From positions 3,185,371 to 3,249,370 of the forward strand of contig MU054338.1 of assembly GCA_013239625.1 (NCBI GenBank): 64,000 nucleotides of DNA. Direction: 5' to 3'. Shown piece by piece: positions 1 to 13,500 of this stretch (the stretch's first letter is position 1; each line of letters starts with the position of its first letter). This DNA is from Lama guanicoe. Lineage: Eukaryota. Position numbers and translations under genes: made by a program. The notes below the pieces were generated by a model. The model searched no databases. It was not told where the DNA came from and saw only the letters and a program-made list of their open reading frames with translations.

Positions 1-79
1 CTGGGTTCAATCCCAGTACATCCATTAAAAAAAACAAGCAAAAAATAAAATTGAAAAACAAGCACACACATTTTCCCCA

Positions 80-815
80 GGAAGACAGCCAATAAGCATG
101 TGAAAAGGTCTTCAGCTCCTTCACTCATTAGGGAAGTGCAGCTCAAACCCACAGGGAGACACACCTCACCCCCACTGGGGCAGCTGAAGTCAAAAGGACA
201 GATACTGGCAGGTGTTGGCAAGGACAGGGGGAAACTGGAACCCTTGTATGTTGCCGGTGGTGCAGTCACTTTGGAAGACAGGCTGGCGGTCCCTCGAAGT
301 GTTAAACTAGCTACACTATGACCGAGCAAGTCCGCTTCCAGGGGCCGGCCCAAGAGAAATGAAAGCACACGCCACCCAGAGACTCATACATAAATGCTCA
401 AAGGGGCGTTACTCACAGGAGCCCAAAGTGGAAACAGCCCGCATGCCCGTCAGCTGACCAGTGGATGCACACAATGCGGCCCAGCCACACATCAGAATAT
501 TCCTCAGCCATAAAATGGAGAGAAGCCCTGACGCTCGCCAGCACATGGAAGGACCCTGAGAACACGGTGCTCAGTGAGAGAAGCAGACACAGAAGGACAC
601 ACAGCGTGTGACTCCATGGATGTGAGACGTCCAGAACAGGCCAGTCCTCAGGGACAGAGAGTGGATCTGTGGTTGCCAGGGAGCGGAGGAGGGTGGGAAT
701 GGGGCGTGGCTGCTAATGGGGACACCATCTCCTTCTGGGATGACAGAATTTTCTAAATGAATTGTGGCAATGGTTGCACAACCCATGAATATACTAAAAA
801 ACACTCAATTGTACA
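80..815 (+). mobile_element. Old L1 (L1MB-like) 3' end
   Basis: Degenerate ORF2 tail and 3'UTR motifs (catggaaggaccctgagaacacggtgctcagtgagagaagcagaca). Confidence 0.7.
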
Positions 816-834
816 CTTTTTTATATATTTATTT

Positions 835-1029
835 TTCTTGGGGGGGAGGTAATTAGGTTTATTTATTTAATGGAGGTACTGAGAATTGAACCCTAGTCAA
901 CTTTAGTCAATTGTGAATATGTGAATTATATCTCAATAAAAAATTTAAAAAAATTTTTAACGGAGGTACTGGGAATTGAGCCCAGGACCTCGTGCATGAG
1001 GTCTACCACTGAGTGATACACCCACCCCT
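835..1029 (-). mobile_element. Two adjacent short tRNA-derived SINE copies (camelid Vic-1-like)
   Basis: ggaggtactg(g/a)gaattgaaccc motif twice, T-rich tails. Confidence 0.75.
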
Positions 1030-2540
1030 GTCAAAAATTTTAAAAGTACAAAATACTGAATTATATTTCAATAAGACTGTTTCAAAAAGTTTTTTAAAAA
1101 TGAGAAGATCTGGAAGAACTTTCTAGGCAGAAGTTGTAAACAGTAGGGGAGACTGCAATTTAGATCAAAGATCAGGTCCTTGAAAATCTCCCCAGCCAGG
1201 GAGGAGACTGGAGCGGCCTGGGACGTGAGACTCTGCCCTGAGCTCCAGCAGCTGAGGGCTCTGGACTTGAACCTGGCAGGGAAGGGCCAGTGAGAGTCTC
1301 GCTCTTCCGGCTGCTGTGGTTCAGCAGCGGGCGGTGGCAGGGGGAGGGGATGGTTTTACGCAGTTTGGGTCTGAATGTTGAACAGTTTTGCATTTCTAGA
1401 GATTTTCATGGTATCTTTATGAATATCATTTTTGTAGCACTTACGACATGCCTTATATATCAGCTCATGTGTGTGTTTTAAATAACTCACATACCAGGAA
1501 ACTCACCCCTTTAACTGTACAGTTCAGCGATTTAGTATATTCACAAGGTTGGGCAAACACCGTCTCTAATTCTAGAACATCCCACCACCCCAGAAGAAAC
1601 CCTTCCCAGGAGCAGCCCCTCCCACCCCCCTCCCAGCTCCCCACAACCGCTGCCCACTGTCTGTGTCTGCGCTGGCCTGTTCTGGACGCCTCACATCTGC
1701 GGACTCACACGCTGCGTGTCCTTCAGTGTCTGCTTCTCCCTGAGCACCGTGCCCTCAGGGTCTGGCCCCGTTGTCCTGAGAGTCAGTTTCTCTCTCTCTC
1801 TCACGGCTGAGTCATGTTCCCTTGTGTGGAGGGACACATTTGTTTATCCATCATCTACGGATGGACATTTGGGCCATTTCCACTTTGTGGCTGTTGTGAA
1901 GCATGCTACTGTGAACGTGTATGTAAATTTAGTTCTTTTCACCTTAAAAACCCTGCAGAAGGTCCTGCAGTGCACTCACAGATGGGGAAACTGAGGCCCA
2001 GAGAGGTTAAGCTGAAAAGCTGCAGTGCTGGGACAGTCCCAAGACCGAGGGACTGCCATTTAGAATGAGGTGTCAGAATTGTTTACGGCACTCATTCAGT
2101 GAAAGCTGAGATGAGAGACAGCACAGGTGGCAAAAGTCAGGGCATGTACAGGAGGCCAACGCTTGGAAAAGCCTGGAGGGACCAGGGAACGTTAGTGAGA
2201 AGCTGTCACTAGAAGCCAGGTGGGGGAATGTGAAGGATGTGATGGGTGCTGAGATGGGGGAGAGAAGGAGTCAAGACTCAAGTAAATGGGGCACAGCTTA
2301 GAATTTAGCAGGTCAAGACATATCCCTATCAAGCGCCTCCTGGCTCAGAAGCAACACCCAGACTCAAAAGTGGAACTCCAGGAGGGCTTCCTGGAGGAGG
2401 TGTCATCGGGTCCTGAAGGCAGTTAATGGGAGGTGAGGCTAGGGAAAGTGTTCGAGGCAGGTAGGTCCATGGAGCAGAGGTGCAGAGAGGGGAGTCAGGG
2501 CCCCAAGCACCCTATGCTGCCCTCTTCTCCCTGCAGGTAC

Positions 2541-2666
2541 CTCTGGCTTGGCCGGGTTTTCCTCTGTGCCCTGGAGTCGCTTCTGGTTCCAGCTGAGCCA
2601 CATCTGGTGTAGTTTCTCTTGACCCTCCACCAGCTTCTGATCAACTCCCTGCTTGACAGTTTCCAT
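2541..2666 (-). CDS. PLIN3: Perilipin-3 exon 7 ([42 protein letters not shown]); final exon lies outside the window
   Basis: 126 nt, ctgcag acceptor and GAG|GTACCT donor; peptide matches PLIN3/TIP47 four-helix bundle region. Confidence 0.96.
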
Positions 2667-3809
2667 CTGCAGCAGAGAGAGCAGTGAGAGAGGGTGAGTG
2701 CCTCGCAGCTTGACCAAAGTCAGCAGAGCCCCTGGGAATCCACAGGGATCCTGGGAGAGGCAGGATTCCAGAGGGAGCCTGGGGGCCTCCGTTCATCTGA
2801 GATGGGGAGGGGAGGGGGGGCTGTTGCTCTCACACAGGGTTACCGTGGGCTGTGGGCGTCTGGGTCACCCGCATGCTCATGCCCCATGGTGCTGGCAAAG
2901 AAGGACTCACCCAGATTCTCTGCAGCTCCTCCCATCTTGTCTGCTTCTCACCCCCTGCAGTGGGCCTGGCCACCTGGCTGCCTTTGCAATGGAATGCGAG
3001 CAGGTGGAGCGCCAGCAGAGGCTGAGAAAGCACTTGCAATGGAATACTCCTCAGCCTTCAGAAGGAAAGAAGTTCTGACACTCGCTACAGCATGGATGGA
3101 CCCTGAAGGCAGGATGCTCAGTGAGAGAGCCAGACACCCAAGGACAAATACTGAGTGCACTCACAGGAGGTCCCAGAGGAGTCAAACCCACAGAGACGGC
3201 AAGTAGACAGTGGGGGAGGGGCTGGGGAGTCCGTGTTCAATGTGGACAGAGTTTCAGGTTGGGAAGATAAGAAAGTTCTGGAGATGATGGAGGGGATGGC
3301 TGCACAACAGTGTGAATGTGCTTAATGCCACTGAGCTGTGTAGCTAAATTTGGTTAAAACGGTCAATTTTGTTACGTGTATTTTGCCACAGTTAAAAAAT
3401 ATTAAAAAAAAACGGAGGAGATAGTACTTAGCAGAAGTTAAGCAAAGAGGAAATAAATTCGGCATTTAGCTCTTTAGAGAACTGAGAAATTAAAAACCTC
3501 AGCGGGCAGGATTTGACTGCTAAGAGGCAGGAGGGCATCCTGGGAGAGGATGGAAACGCTCCACATCTTGACTGCAGCAGGGGTCAGTATGTGTGAAACT
3601 CCTCAACCGTACACTTTTCAAGGGGATGATTTTTACTATATGTAAACTATACCTCAGTAACAGCGACTTCAAATGAATACAGAAAGAGTGCTGATGCATT
3701 CTCGCTGTACCTGGGTCCCTTGGACCACAGCCCCGGTGGGGCTGGGGGGAGCCTGAGCTAGCCTGACTGAGGAGGAGCCACATCACGGGGCTCAGCCTCC
3801 AGCCGACCT

Positions 3810-4165
3810 GTCACGGGCTGAACTGCATCCCCTCCAAACTCCCATGTTGGAGTCCTAACCCCCAGGACCTCAGGATGTGACTGCATTTGGAGGTGTTGTC
3901 TTTACAGAGGTCATTAAGTTAAAATGAGGTCACGAGGGTGGGCCCTAATCCCGCATGACTGGTGTCCTTATAAAAAGGGGAGATTAGGCCACACACACGG
4001 AGGGACGACCACTTGAGGACGTGGGGAGAAGACAGCCATCTGCACTCCAGGGAGAGAGGCCTCCAAATGAACCAGCCCTGTGTCACCCCAATCTCGGACT
4101 CCCAGCCTCCAGAACCGCGAAGCAAGAAACGTGTGTTGTCTGAGCTGCGGTCCGTGGGAGCCCGC
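3810..4165 (+). mobile_element. MLT1 (MaLR) solo LTR
   Basis: gggctgaactg...taagttaaaatgaggtca...gggccctaatcc...gactggtgtccttataa...cagcctccagaac. Confidence 0.8.
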
Positions 4166-4270
4166 CCAGGCAGACGTGCGGAGTGCTGAGGGCTGAGGCG
4201 CCAGTCTTGGGAGGGGTTGGCGAGCGTGCCTGCTGCCGGCCGGGGCCCCCGGGTCCCCCGCAGGCCTCAC

Positions 4271-4470
4271 CAGGCTGAGCGCCTGTGACAGATGTAGCAG
4301 GGCCTCCTGGGCCCTCTGCCTGGTGTGCTGAAGTTTGCCCAGAGAGTGAGCGTAGGCCCGCTGGCGCAGCCTCTCCGACAGGGAGCCCAGACGCACGAAG
4401 TAGCTCTGCTCCTGCCGCTGCTGGGACACTGAGGCGATGTCGAAACCCTCCAGGGACGTGGCGAGGCGGG
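4271..4470 (-). CDS. PLIN3: Perilipin-3 exon 6 ([47 protein letters not shown]...LSQALSL)
   Basis: 200 nt, cgcag acceptor, CTG|GTGAGG donor, phase consistent with neighbours; perilipin YFVRLGSLS motif. Confidence 0.96.
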
Positions 4471-5305
4471 CTGCGGTGGGGCGAAAAGGCAGACGCACCA
4501 TGAGGGCCGAGGTTATGATCAGGTCTGCCGCTCGCAAGTGGGAGAGGATTCCCTTTCTTGGTTTTCCCCATCTGCGAAATGGGTATGATGGGAAATGAAT
4601 GTCCCAGGATCAAGAGACTGTAGACTTAGAGGGTCAGCAAACTCCAGCCCTCAGGCCACATCTGCCCACCTCCGGTTTTGTACGACCATGAATACAACCA
4701 CACATATTCATTATAAGCTGTCTATGGCTGCTTTCAAACTACAACAGTGCAGTAAGTGGCCTCTTGGCCTGCAGAGATAAAAGTATACATTATCTGGTCC
4801 TTTACAGAAAAAAACCTGACTGATCCTGTATTAGAGCCCAGCAGATATTAACAGCAGTCACTCTTTCACGACGTCCTAGGTCTTTCACATGCATTCTTGT
4901 GAAATATTAACAACTCTATTCGAGAGGCACTGTTTTTACAGATGGGGCAACTGGGGCTCAGAGAGGTCAAGCGACTTGCCGAAAGTCACACAGCTGGGAA
5001 GCCACAAGTCAGGATCTGAAGCCTGGCCCCACGTTCTTAATCATGATACTTGATGGGAGAAGCCTGAGCCACAGAAGAACCATCTTCACAGCATTTAGGA
5101 AAAGTCAGGACTATCTAGTCCAGAAATGCTCGTGAAGTTACAAGACAACAGGACAGAAATCCACCTGTCTCGATAATTCGACCTTATCTTACCCTGCTCT
5201 CTTTAGACTTTAATATAGCAGTGATTTAAGTCTGAGCTTTCTAAGTAACCTGATCTGGGTTTGAATCCAGTCCCACTAGTTTGCCAACTTTCTAATGCCC
5301 TATGG

Positions 5306-5516
5306 CAGGGGCTGCAAATTATAGCCTCTGGGCCAAATGTCACCAGCCTTTATAAATAAAGTTTTATTGACACACAGTCACACCCATGGGTTCACCTATT
5401 GCCTAGGCTTTTGTGTTACAATGGGAGAGTTGCGTAGCTGTGAGAGTCTGTATGGCCCCAAAAGCCAAAATTATTTATGGCCTGGCCTGTGTCGGAAAAT
5501 GTTTGCAACCCCCTGG
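5306..5516 (+). mobile_element. MER58A-like hAT MITE; other copies near 4630-4828, 6036-6235, 11375-11545, 14500-15410 (split), 59282-59510, 60905-61100
   Basis: caggggctgcaaa...taaataaagttttattg...tttgcaacccctg terminal inverted repeats. Confidence 0.75.
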
Positions 5517-6559
5517 TCCATGCATAAATGACTTTGCCAGTAAGCCTCAGTTTCCCCTTATGTCCAACCACCGGAGTCAGAACTGCCTGAAAGGTGAAAT
5601 TTGGATTACCCTATGCTCAAAAAGGCACACAAATGAACGAACATTGAGCTACTTTTAGTATCTACTTATGGTTTGTTTCTGGTAAGTGACAATGTTTCCT
5701 GCTAAAAGAATCTGGGGACGGGGATTAAAAGAAGAATATCAAATAAGCAGAACAGGGCGTAGCAACACATGACCAAGATAACGCGAGGAAAGCGCTCTGG
5801 TCAGGCGGGAACAGCGGGCTGTGCTGGTGACTGAGCGAGCTCGCCACTTCGGCCACATAAATAAGCCTCTCCTTTGGACTGGGCACTGCTCCAGAAATGA
5901 AAGACGGTAGAAAATCAAGCAACAAAATCCCACAGCCTGCCGTTAACCCCTTGCTCAGTCAAGGTAAATCTTCCATCAGAGGAATTCTGTTGTTTCTATA
6001 ACCAGTATGAAATTCTGGAAGAATATACACTAATCCAGGGATTAATAAACTTTTTTTTTTGTATGGGGCCAGCTCAGTCAACATTTTCAGCTTTGCAGGC
6101 TGGACTGTGCTTCAGTTAGTCAACTCTGCCCATGTGGTGCAGAAGCAGCCTTAGAATAAATGCAAATGAATGGGCATGGCTGTGTGCCAATAAAACTTTA
6201 TTTACAAAAGCAGTCGGTGGGCTGGATGTGGCCCGAAAGTCATCTCACACAGTCACCTGGGGAAGAGGAGGTTACAGAAGAATTTCATGATGGCATTTAA
6301 AAAGACTGAACAAACTATATTCAACACCTTGTAATAGCCTATAACGAAACGGAACATGAGAAGAAATATATGTGTGTATACCCGAATTGCTACGCTGTGC
6401 TCCAGAAACTAACACCACATTGTAAACCAACTATACTTCAATCAAAGAAGCCTTAATCCAAAAAAATAATTAAACTGAAAATTAAAAACATAAAAAACTG
6501 AACAAAATACCAAACACTGGGGACATTTAGAGGCAGTAAAATTAAAATCGGCATTTTGA

Positions 6560-6637
6560 GGGAGGAGGGTATAGCTCAGCAATAGAGTGCATGCTTAGCA
6601 CTGGGTTCCACCCCCAGCACCTCCATTTAAAAAAAAA
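6560..6637 (+). mobile_element. Short tRNA-derived SINE (camelid Vic-1-like), internally deleted
   Basis: GGGTATAGCTCAG A-box, GGTTC B-box-like, A tail. Confidence 0.75.
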
Positions 6638-7871
6638 GAGTATGCTTCTGAAAAAAAAAAAAAGCGACATTTTGAGAAAAACAGACTCTTCCCCAGTCTC
6701 CCACTAAAGGCAGGTTTGCAGAGACTAATTCAAAATCTGGCAACATTTTGAACTGACCCTGAGGTCCAGAACTTCTCCACAGCTTCCGGGAGCCCCGGCG
6801 CTCTGCCCTTGGAAGTGAAAACAGCTTTGTTATTTAGGCCAAGGAGGTCTGGCAGAGCCCAGGCATATCTGAGCAAGCCGGCAGGGCCCCTGGAGGGGGC
6901 GGCGCCCTTGGCACAGGAGAGGACCCGGAGAGGGGGTGGGGAGCAGGGCTGTTCTGGCCTGAGCCCACGAGCAGCATCCTAGCTCTAACTCGGCACTACA
7001 AGAGCTCATGTCTTTGCCCACAGGCCACCCCAGTACCCCGAGCACCAGTGTGCAGTGACTTCACCCTTAGTGGATGGATACAAAGGAAAAGCGCAGAAAA
7101 TCAAAGCTGGTCGGACAGATCTGTCCTCCGCAGTGTCTCCCAGCAAACCCTGCCTCTTCTACTTCCAGGTGCCAAGACCCACAGCTGAGTCTTACTCGGT
7201 CTGAGCACTACGAGGAGTCAATAGGCCCTGAACTTGGGGTCCAGGATGGAAGACATCAGCCAGGGCCCTTCGCTCAAGAAGTGCAGGGTCAAGTTTTGAA
7301 AACTCAAACAAGTGACATGCTACACTCAAGACACATGCCAAGGGACTTAAGATCACCCGCCTGGAACATCGCCCTGCCTGGAACAGCTAGTTTCTCCAGA
7401 AAGCAAGGGAACACTGCTTTCTGCCGAGGATTCCCAGGGAGAATCATGAGGGCTCAGGGCCAACTCAAAGAGGGTTCCAAGCAATCGAAAATGATGGGAC
7501 AAATGAAGTGTCAATAAAACAAGTACCTCGGAGAGTAAGATACTGTGTTAATACATGGGTTCAAACCTATAGCATAAAAACTTGCTGTCCACCGGTGGAG
7601 GGTACTGTTGACCATGTGATGCCAAATAAAGGGGGGAAGTTGGCCACTTGTCCTGCTTTTCCTCTGTAAACTGGACCTTGGGGGAATCAAAATTGCAACA
7701 CAGAACTTTGTCCAAGGAAGTTTCCAGCTGACAGAGAGAGAAGTGCTGCAACCGAGGACAGCGACACGTTGCAGTCCCAGTGGGTAGAGATTGGAGATAA
7801 TGATTCTAGGAGCCGCCCACCCATTAGGGAACCACGTGATTCCATGTCTATGAAGTTCTGGAACAGGCAAA

Positions 7872-8078
7872 GCAGTGGTTCTCACCTGAGGGCGATCCTG
7901 CCCCAAGGGGACACTGGCTTATGTCTGGGGATGTCTGTGATTGTCACGTTGGGAGGGTTCCTGGCATCCAGTGGGTGGGGGCCAGGGAGGCTGCTCCACA
8001 CCCCACAGTACTCAGGACGGCCCCCCCACAGAGGACAACCCGATCCCGATGACCACAATGGCGCATTTGGGAAACCCT
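7872..8078 (+). mobile_element. MER20 (hAT-Charlie) DNA transposon, GC-shifted copy; related copies near 10730-10940, 27090-27270, 34430-34640, 42570-42770, 52080-52270, 55015-55145, 56560-56700, 57985-58140
   Basis: CAGTGGTTCTCA start, GAAACCCTG end, internal CTGGCATC-AGTGGGT-GGCCAGGGA motif. Confidence 0.8.
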
Positions 8079-8459
8079 GATCTACTCTGTCTTCAACTCT
8101 TTCCAGTTGTTGCAAATGTTTGGCAACTCATTCAAACAAAGCTCTGGCCACCGCTGGAGCCGAGAGACTGCTCCCTCTGAATGGAGGTGGGGTCCAGTTA
8201 CACGTGGCCTTACCGGCCCTCGCTCCCTTGCTGCTGTGGGCGCTGGAGTCTGCAACGCTGGCACAGCTGGAAGTTCCCGGCACGCCCAGCTCTAGGTGGG
8301 GCCAAGACCGACCGCAAGAGCCAGGGGCATGAGACCATGACTAGGACTGGCTGCTTGATCTCAGCAGTTTCATCCCCAGTTTATCTGCTTCCCGTCATTC
8401 CTGCCACCACCGGGTCCTGCCCCATTACCACTCACCTGGACTAGAACAGTCATCTGAAC

Positions 8460-8980
8460 CCTGACTCTGGCTCCCACCCCTGCACTCCAGCCTGTCCTCC
8501 CTGCAGCAGCCACCAGGGGGCGCCTGTGAGCATCCAAGCCAGGCCCCGCCCTCCTCTGCCCACAGCCCTCCAGGGCTCCCACCCATTTGGGGGTAAAAGC
8601 CCTCATCTCCCGAGGCCCCCAAGGCCCTGCATGACCTGACCTGTCCCCTCCCTACCCTCTCTTTCTCCCTCTCTCACTGCTCCAGGCACAAGGGCCTCCT
8701 CACTGTTCCTCCCACACACCAGGCATGGTCCTGCCCTCCTGCCCCCGGGTCTGTTTTCCACACATCTCTGCCCTGACATCTGCACAGATGGTCCCCTTCC
8801 TCTGTACACGTCTGGCAAACGTCACCTCCTCAGAAACATCTCTCCTTTAACCTGATTTCTGTATACTTTAGACTGCAGGTTCCATGAGGGCAGAACTTTG
8901 TTCACTGATGTATCTCTAGGATCTAGAAGTGGGCTTGGCATACAGTTGGTGCTCAAGAAACACCTGAACAAACAGATGCC
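8460..8980 (+). mobile_element. L2 3' fragment (GC-shifted); related copies 9020-9520, 13350-13780, 21640-22030, 24090-24880, 41090-41420 in the opposite orientation
   Basis: ctcctctgcccacagccctccagggctcccacc...aaggccctgcatgacctg...tccatgagggcag...gcatacagttggtgctcaa. Confidence 0.7.
8510..8523 (+). promoter_or_regulatory. CTCF motif within an L2 fragment
   Basis: CCACCAGGGGGCGC, matches the core CTCF consensus. Confidence 0.6.
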
Positions 8981-9669
8981 GGTGGGGGAGGGGAGAATCA
9001 ACAGAGAAGTGGTTGAGTGATTTTATTTGGGGATTTGAGCACCTGCTGAGTGCCAGGCCCCATTCCAGACATGGGACACAGCTTCTGCTTTGTGGAATTA
9101 ATGACCAGTGCCAGAGAGAAAAGACAGAGCCGAGCCAGCAGGTGGGGGGCTCATGACACAATATGAACGAGGGACCGTGCAATTTTAGAGGCCTTATAGG
9201 GAAATGGCATTGGAGCACAGAGCTGGAGGTGGAAGGGAACAAGCCATCTGCGTGTTAAGGGAATAGAGTTCCTGGTAGAGAGAACAGCCAGTGCAAAGGC
9301 CCTGGGGTGGAAACACTGTCCAGGATCAGCAAAGAGGCCGAGTGTGCCTGGAGCAGAATGAATGAGGAGAGGTGGGTAAGTATAAGAGGGCCTCATGGAG
9401 GAATTGGGCATTTACCAGAGGGAGGTGGGGAGGTGGGGGCTCTGGAGGGCTGTGGGTAGAGGCAGGGCCTGACCTGAGTGCTCACAGGTTCCCTCTGGTG
9501 GCTGCTGTAGGGAGAACAGACACTGGGAACCAGGGCAGAGGAAGTGAGCCCTGGGTGGCTCAGACAGGGAGGGTGACGTTGGATGGGGAGAGGTGGCAGG
9601 GAGGAGACCATGTGATGAGAGGGACCCTTTGTCGAGAGGTCTGGGGAGGGGCCCCAGGCCCAACCTTAC

Positions 9670-9967
9670 CGAGCTCAGCATCCGTCATGGGCAGGTGGTT
9701 GTCCACCCACTCCTCCGACTTGCCCAGCACCGTGTCCACCCCACTGAGCACCATCTGGCCCACGCGGGACCCCATGACTGAGTGGACGCCGCTGGTCACC
9801 ATGGACTTGGTCATGTCCACACCACTCTGCACAGCACCCCGGGTCACATCCACTGCCTCTGTCACTCGGGAAGCCACTGTGTCCTTGGCACTGGACACCG
9901 TGTTGGACACAGCCTCTCGGGCCCCTGACACCTTAGATGACATGAGCTCCTTGGTGTCCGCCAGGAC
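9670..9967 (-). CDS. PLIN3: Perilipin-3 exon 5 ([16 protein letters not shown]...[11 protein letters not shown]), 11-mer amphipathic repeat region
   Basis: 298 nt, ttgtag acceptor, G|GTAAGG donor; peptide matches PLIN3. Confidence 0.96.
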
Positions 9968-10214
9968 CTACAAGAAAGGCCAGCATCAGCATCTCTGTCC
10001 TCCCTTCGTACCTGGGCACCCACTCTGTACCCTAACCCCTGCTGGGCCAAAGGGGGCAGTTCCAGCTCCTGGCTGACCCTGAAGGGTGGATGCAGTTAAG
10101 ATCCCATGATCTGGAGCTGGATGGCCTGGTAAGAGTCCTTGGCTTGATATGACCCAGCTGTGTGGTCTCAGGCAAGTCCCTCTACCTCTCTGTCTCCATT
10201 TCTTCCTCCCGTGG

Positions 10215-10592
10215 TGTTATGGGCTGAACTGTGTTGAAGCCCTAACCTCCAGGACCTCAGAATGTGACTGTACTCGGCGATGAGATCTTTACAGCAGTAG
10301 TTAAGGTAAAAGGAGGCCATTAGAGTGGGTCCTAATCCAATCTGACTGGTGTCTTTATAAGAAGAGGAGATCAAGACACAGACACGCACAGAGGGGAGAC
10401 CACGTGAGGATGGAGGGAGAAGATGGCCGTCTGCAAGCCAAGGAGAGAGGCCTTGGGAGAAACTAAGCCCTGCCAACACCTTGATCTTGAACTTCCAGCC
10501 TCTACGATTGGAAGAAAATTAATGTCTGTTGTTTAAACCCCCAGCCCTCCCCCAGCTGTGGCACTTCGTTACGCAGCCCTAAGCGGCTAAGA
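10215..10592 (+). mobile_element. MLT1 (MaLR) solo LTR
   Basis: tgttatgggctgaactgtg ... ctaagaca ends; same motifs as 3810-4165. Confidence 0.8.
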
Positions 10593-13500
10593 CACAACGG
10601 TGGGAACAGAGCCCGGCTCAGCCACGGGATCAGCACAACAGCGGAAATGACAGACATCCGTGGACAGGACCACTCCAGTCCCGCGCTGGGGGGGTGATCC
10701 TGTTTGGATCACTGGGCTAAGTCCCTCAAGACACTGCTTCTCATCTGGGGATTCTGCCCCCACCCAGGGGATGCTGGGCAGCATCTGGGGACATCTGTGG
10801 TCCCCACAGCTGGGAGGCTCCTGGCATCACCTGGGCAGGGAGCCAGGGAGGCTGCTCCACACCCCACAGCACCCCGGACGGCCCTGCAGAGGATGACCTG
10901 ATGCCAGCGTCAGTGCTGCCGAGTGGGAGGGACCCAGCTTTAGAATGGGACGCTCAGCTACACTAAAGGAGAGACTTTAGGCACGTGCCCAAATAACCAA
11001 ACATTTTATTAACTGCCAATTTAACACAGTAAACCTTAAACTCCCCGCAGCAAACGGGTGACATGCCCAAAACATCAGTGCATTCTGTGGATTCCTGAAG
11101 CTCCTATTAAAACATTAAGAGCCAACGCTCAAAAAAAAAAAAAAAAAGAGCCAACACTGAGGATGAAGCAGTCAGCGTTCTGAGCCCTCAGGTGATGCCC
11201 CTTCAGCAAACCTCCAAGACGCGTACTCATTCCACAGAAGAGACATCGAGGCTGAGCAGCTTGCCTGAGGGCTGTCCAGGTGCTAAGGGGCAGAACCTGG
11301 ACTTTAACCTGATATTTTGATTCTAGAGCTTTTCACCTTAACTAGTCAATAAGACAGTCAGGAAATCAGTTACTTTTTCCAGGAAGAGCAAATATTTTCA
11401 GCTTTGCAGGCCAGAGGGTCTCTGTCCCAACTACCGAACCCCGGCAGTGTAGAGCAAAAGCAGTCGTGGCCAATGTGTTAACCACTGGGTGCGGCTGGGT
11501 GCCAATAAAACTTTATTTACAAAAACAGGGGCGGGGCCAGACTTGCCCACCTCTGGAATCGCTTTCCATTGTATCCTTGGAGAGGCAGCTCCAGCACACA
11601 GCGGGTACTCATTGATCAACGCCTAGGGTTCTAAGTTTTTCAATAGATCTCTACGCCTAGAGTATGCTGGAAAGTTAAAAATCACGCTGGTTTCTGGTCC
11701 TACTCTTCTAAGCTGGCACCTGTCTCAACACCTTGACCCTCCTACTCACAGGAATTAGTTTCTTTTGGGGGAAAAAGGCGTGACTGTCAGGTGTGAACAC
11801 CAGCACAAAGCTCACTGAGCACACTGTGTCCTCACACTGGCCCGGGTTCAGGTCTCAGCTCTGACAACACCAGTTTCACAGAACCAGGGAAAGCTACCTC
11901 TTCCTGGAGGGGGACCTCCTAGGGCCCACATCAAGACAGCCTCCCACACAGCCAAGAGCTCAGAGCGGCTGCCCTGTTGGACACCCTTGTAGAACACCAC
12001 CCTGAGCTCAGCCCTTCTATAAATGGAAGGAATGCTGGCCAGCTGAGGCCCCAGCAGGACAGGAGGAGAGCGCGAGCATCCAGCCCTGAGGAGGTGGCTC
12101 CTGGGCCATGTTTCTCCATCCTTCTGTGGACGTGGCAGTTTTCACCTCCCATCATGCTCAGCTTATTAACAGCCTCTGGGCTAAGACGGGTTCAAGTCCT
12201 GTTCCAAAGCTCCCTAGCTCTGTCCTTTTCTGTATAAACAGGACGGGTGTGCCCCCAGGGGGACATGATGAATAGCAGTCCTTGGCCAACAGGAGGTGCT
12301 CAATAGCTAGCAGGTGAATAAGCGGCTTGACAAAGCAGGTGGTCTCAGCAAAGAGCCGCAGGGACCTGGATGAGTGGCTGGCCGGACCCAGTCTCCCCAC
12401 CAGGAAACAACTATTTCTGGTGGGAGAATTCCCACGATGAACAGGTATGCCTGAGTATGGCACTTCTGTCCCACCAGGCAAAAATGGAGAGAGCACGTGA
12501 GCATTTAATAAGCACGTACTATGTGCCAGGCTGGATGAGGGGCTCTGGACAGAGCAGCAAAGCAGATGGCCTGTGCCCTCGCCCCAGCTGGGGAGGAAAA
12601 TAGGCAATTAGATTCCACACTGTCTGAAGCGTTTTTTAAAAGCTAAAGCAACTCATGAATAATGCTGCAATGAGCATGCAGGTACAGCAGCCAAAAGGTG
12701 GAAATGACCCACGGGTCCATTGATGGGAGTGTGGATAAACAAATCACGTTTCCCCCAGAAATTCTGACACCTGCTACAAGATGGATGAACACTGAGGACA
12801 TGATGCTCAGAGAAATAAGCCAGACACAGGACAGATACTGTCTGATTCAACTCAGGAGGTCCGGAGAGGAGTCAAATCCACAGAGACAGAAAGTAAGATG
12901 GTAGGGGCTAGTGGTTGGTGGGAAGGAGGGAAAGGGTGTGGGGTTTCTCTCTGGGGTGATGAAAATGTTCTAAAATGGATGGTGATGGCTACACCATCTG
13001 AATGTACCAAAACCACTGGATTGTACACTTTAAATGGGCAAATTGTACAGGACATGAGTCATAGCTCAGTGAAGCTGTTAAACCAAAAGGCTGCAGCAGC
13101 ACCCCAGGACCATGCTGACTAAGACGGGAGCCACAAGCTGCATGTAGCTATTTCAACTTAAAACAATTAAAATTGGCTATTTAAAATTTAAAATGATGAA
13201 AATGAGTCACTGAGTTCCTCAGTCATACTAGCCACATTCTGAGGGCCCAGCAACCACATATAGCTGTTGGTTTCTGTACTGGACGAGGCAGAGAAAGAAC
13301 ATGTACAAAGTTCTGCTGGACAGAGATGAGCTTGAAGGACTTTCTTTAAGAGGGAAGAGAGGGCCTCTGAAGAAGTGAGATCAGAGCTGAGACCCAAATG
13401 CCTGGTCCACAAAGCGGGAACAGCACGTGCAAAGACCCTGGGGCAGCACTGAGATGGGTGTGGTCACTGTATTTGTCTCCCCGGCTTGCCGCCCCGGAAT

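Noticed and set aside
9895..9925. Four extra residues in PLIN3 exon 5 relative to human
   Set aside because: In-frame indel in the 11-mer repeat region, probably ordinary interspecies variation
9372..10076. 234-aa plus-strand ORF
   Set aside because: Antisense shadow of PLIN3 exon 5 plus L2 sequence
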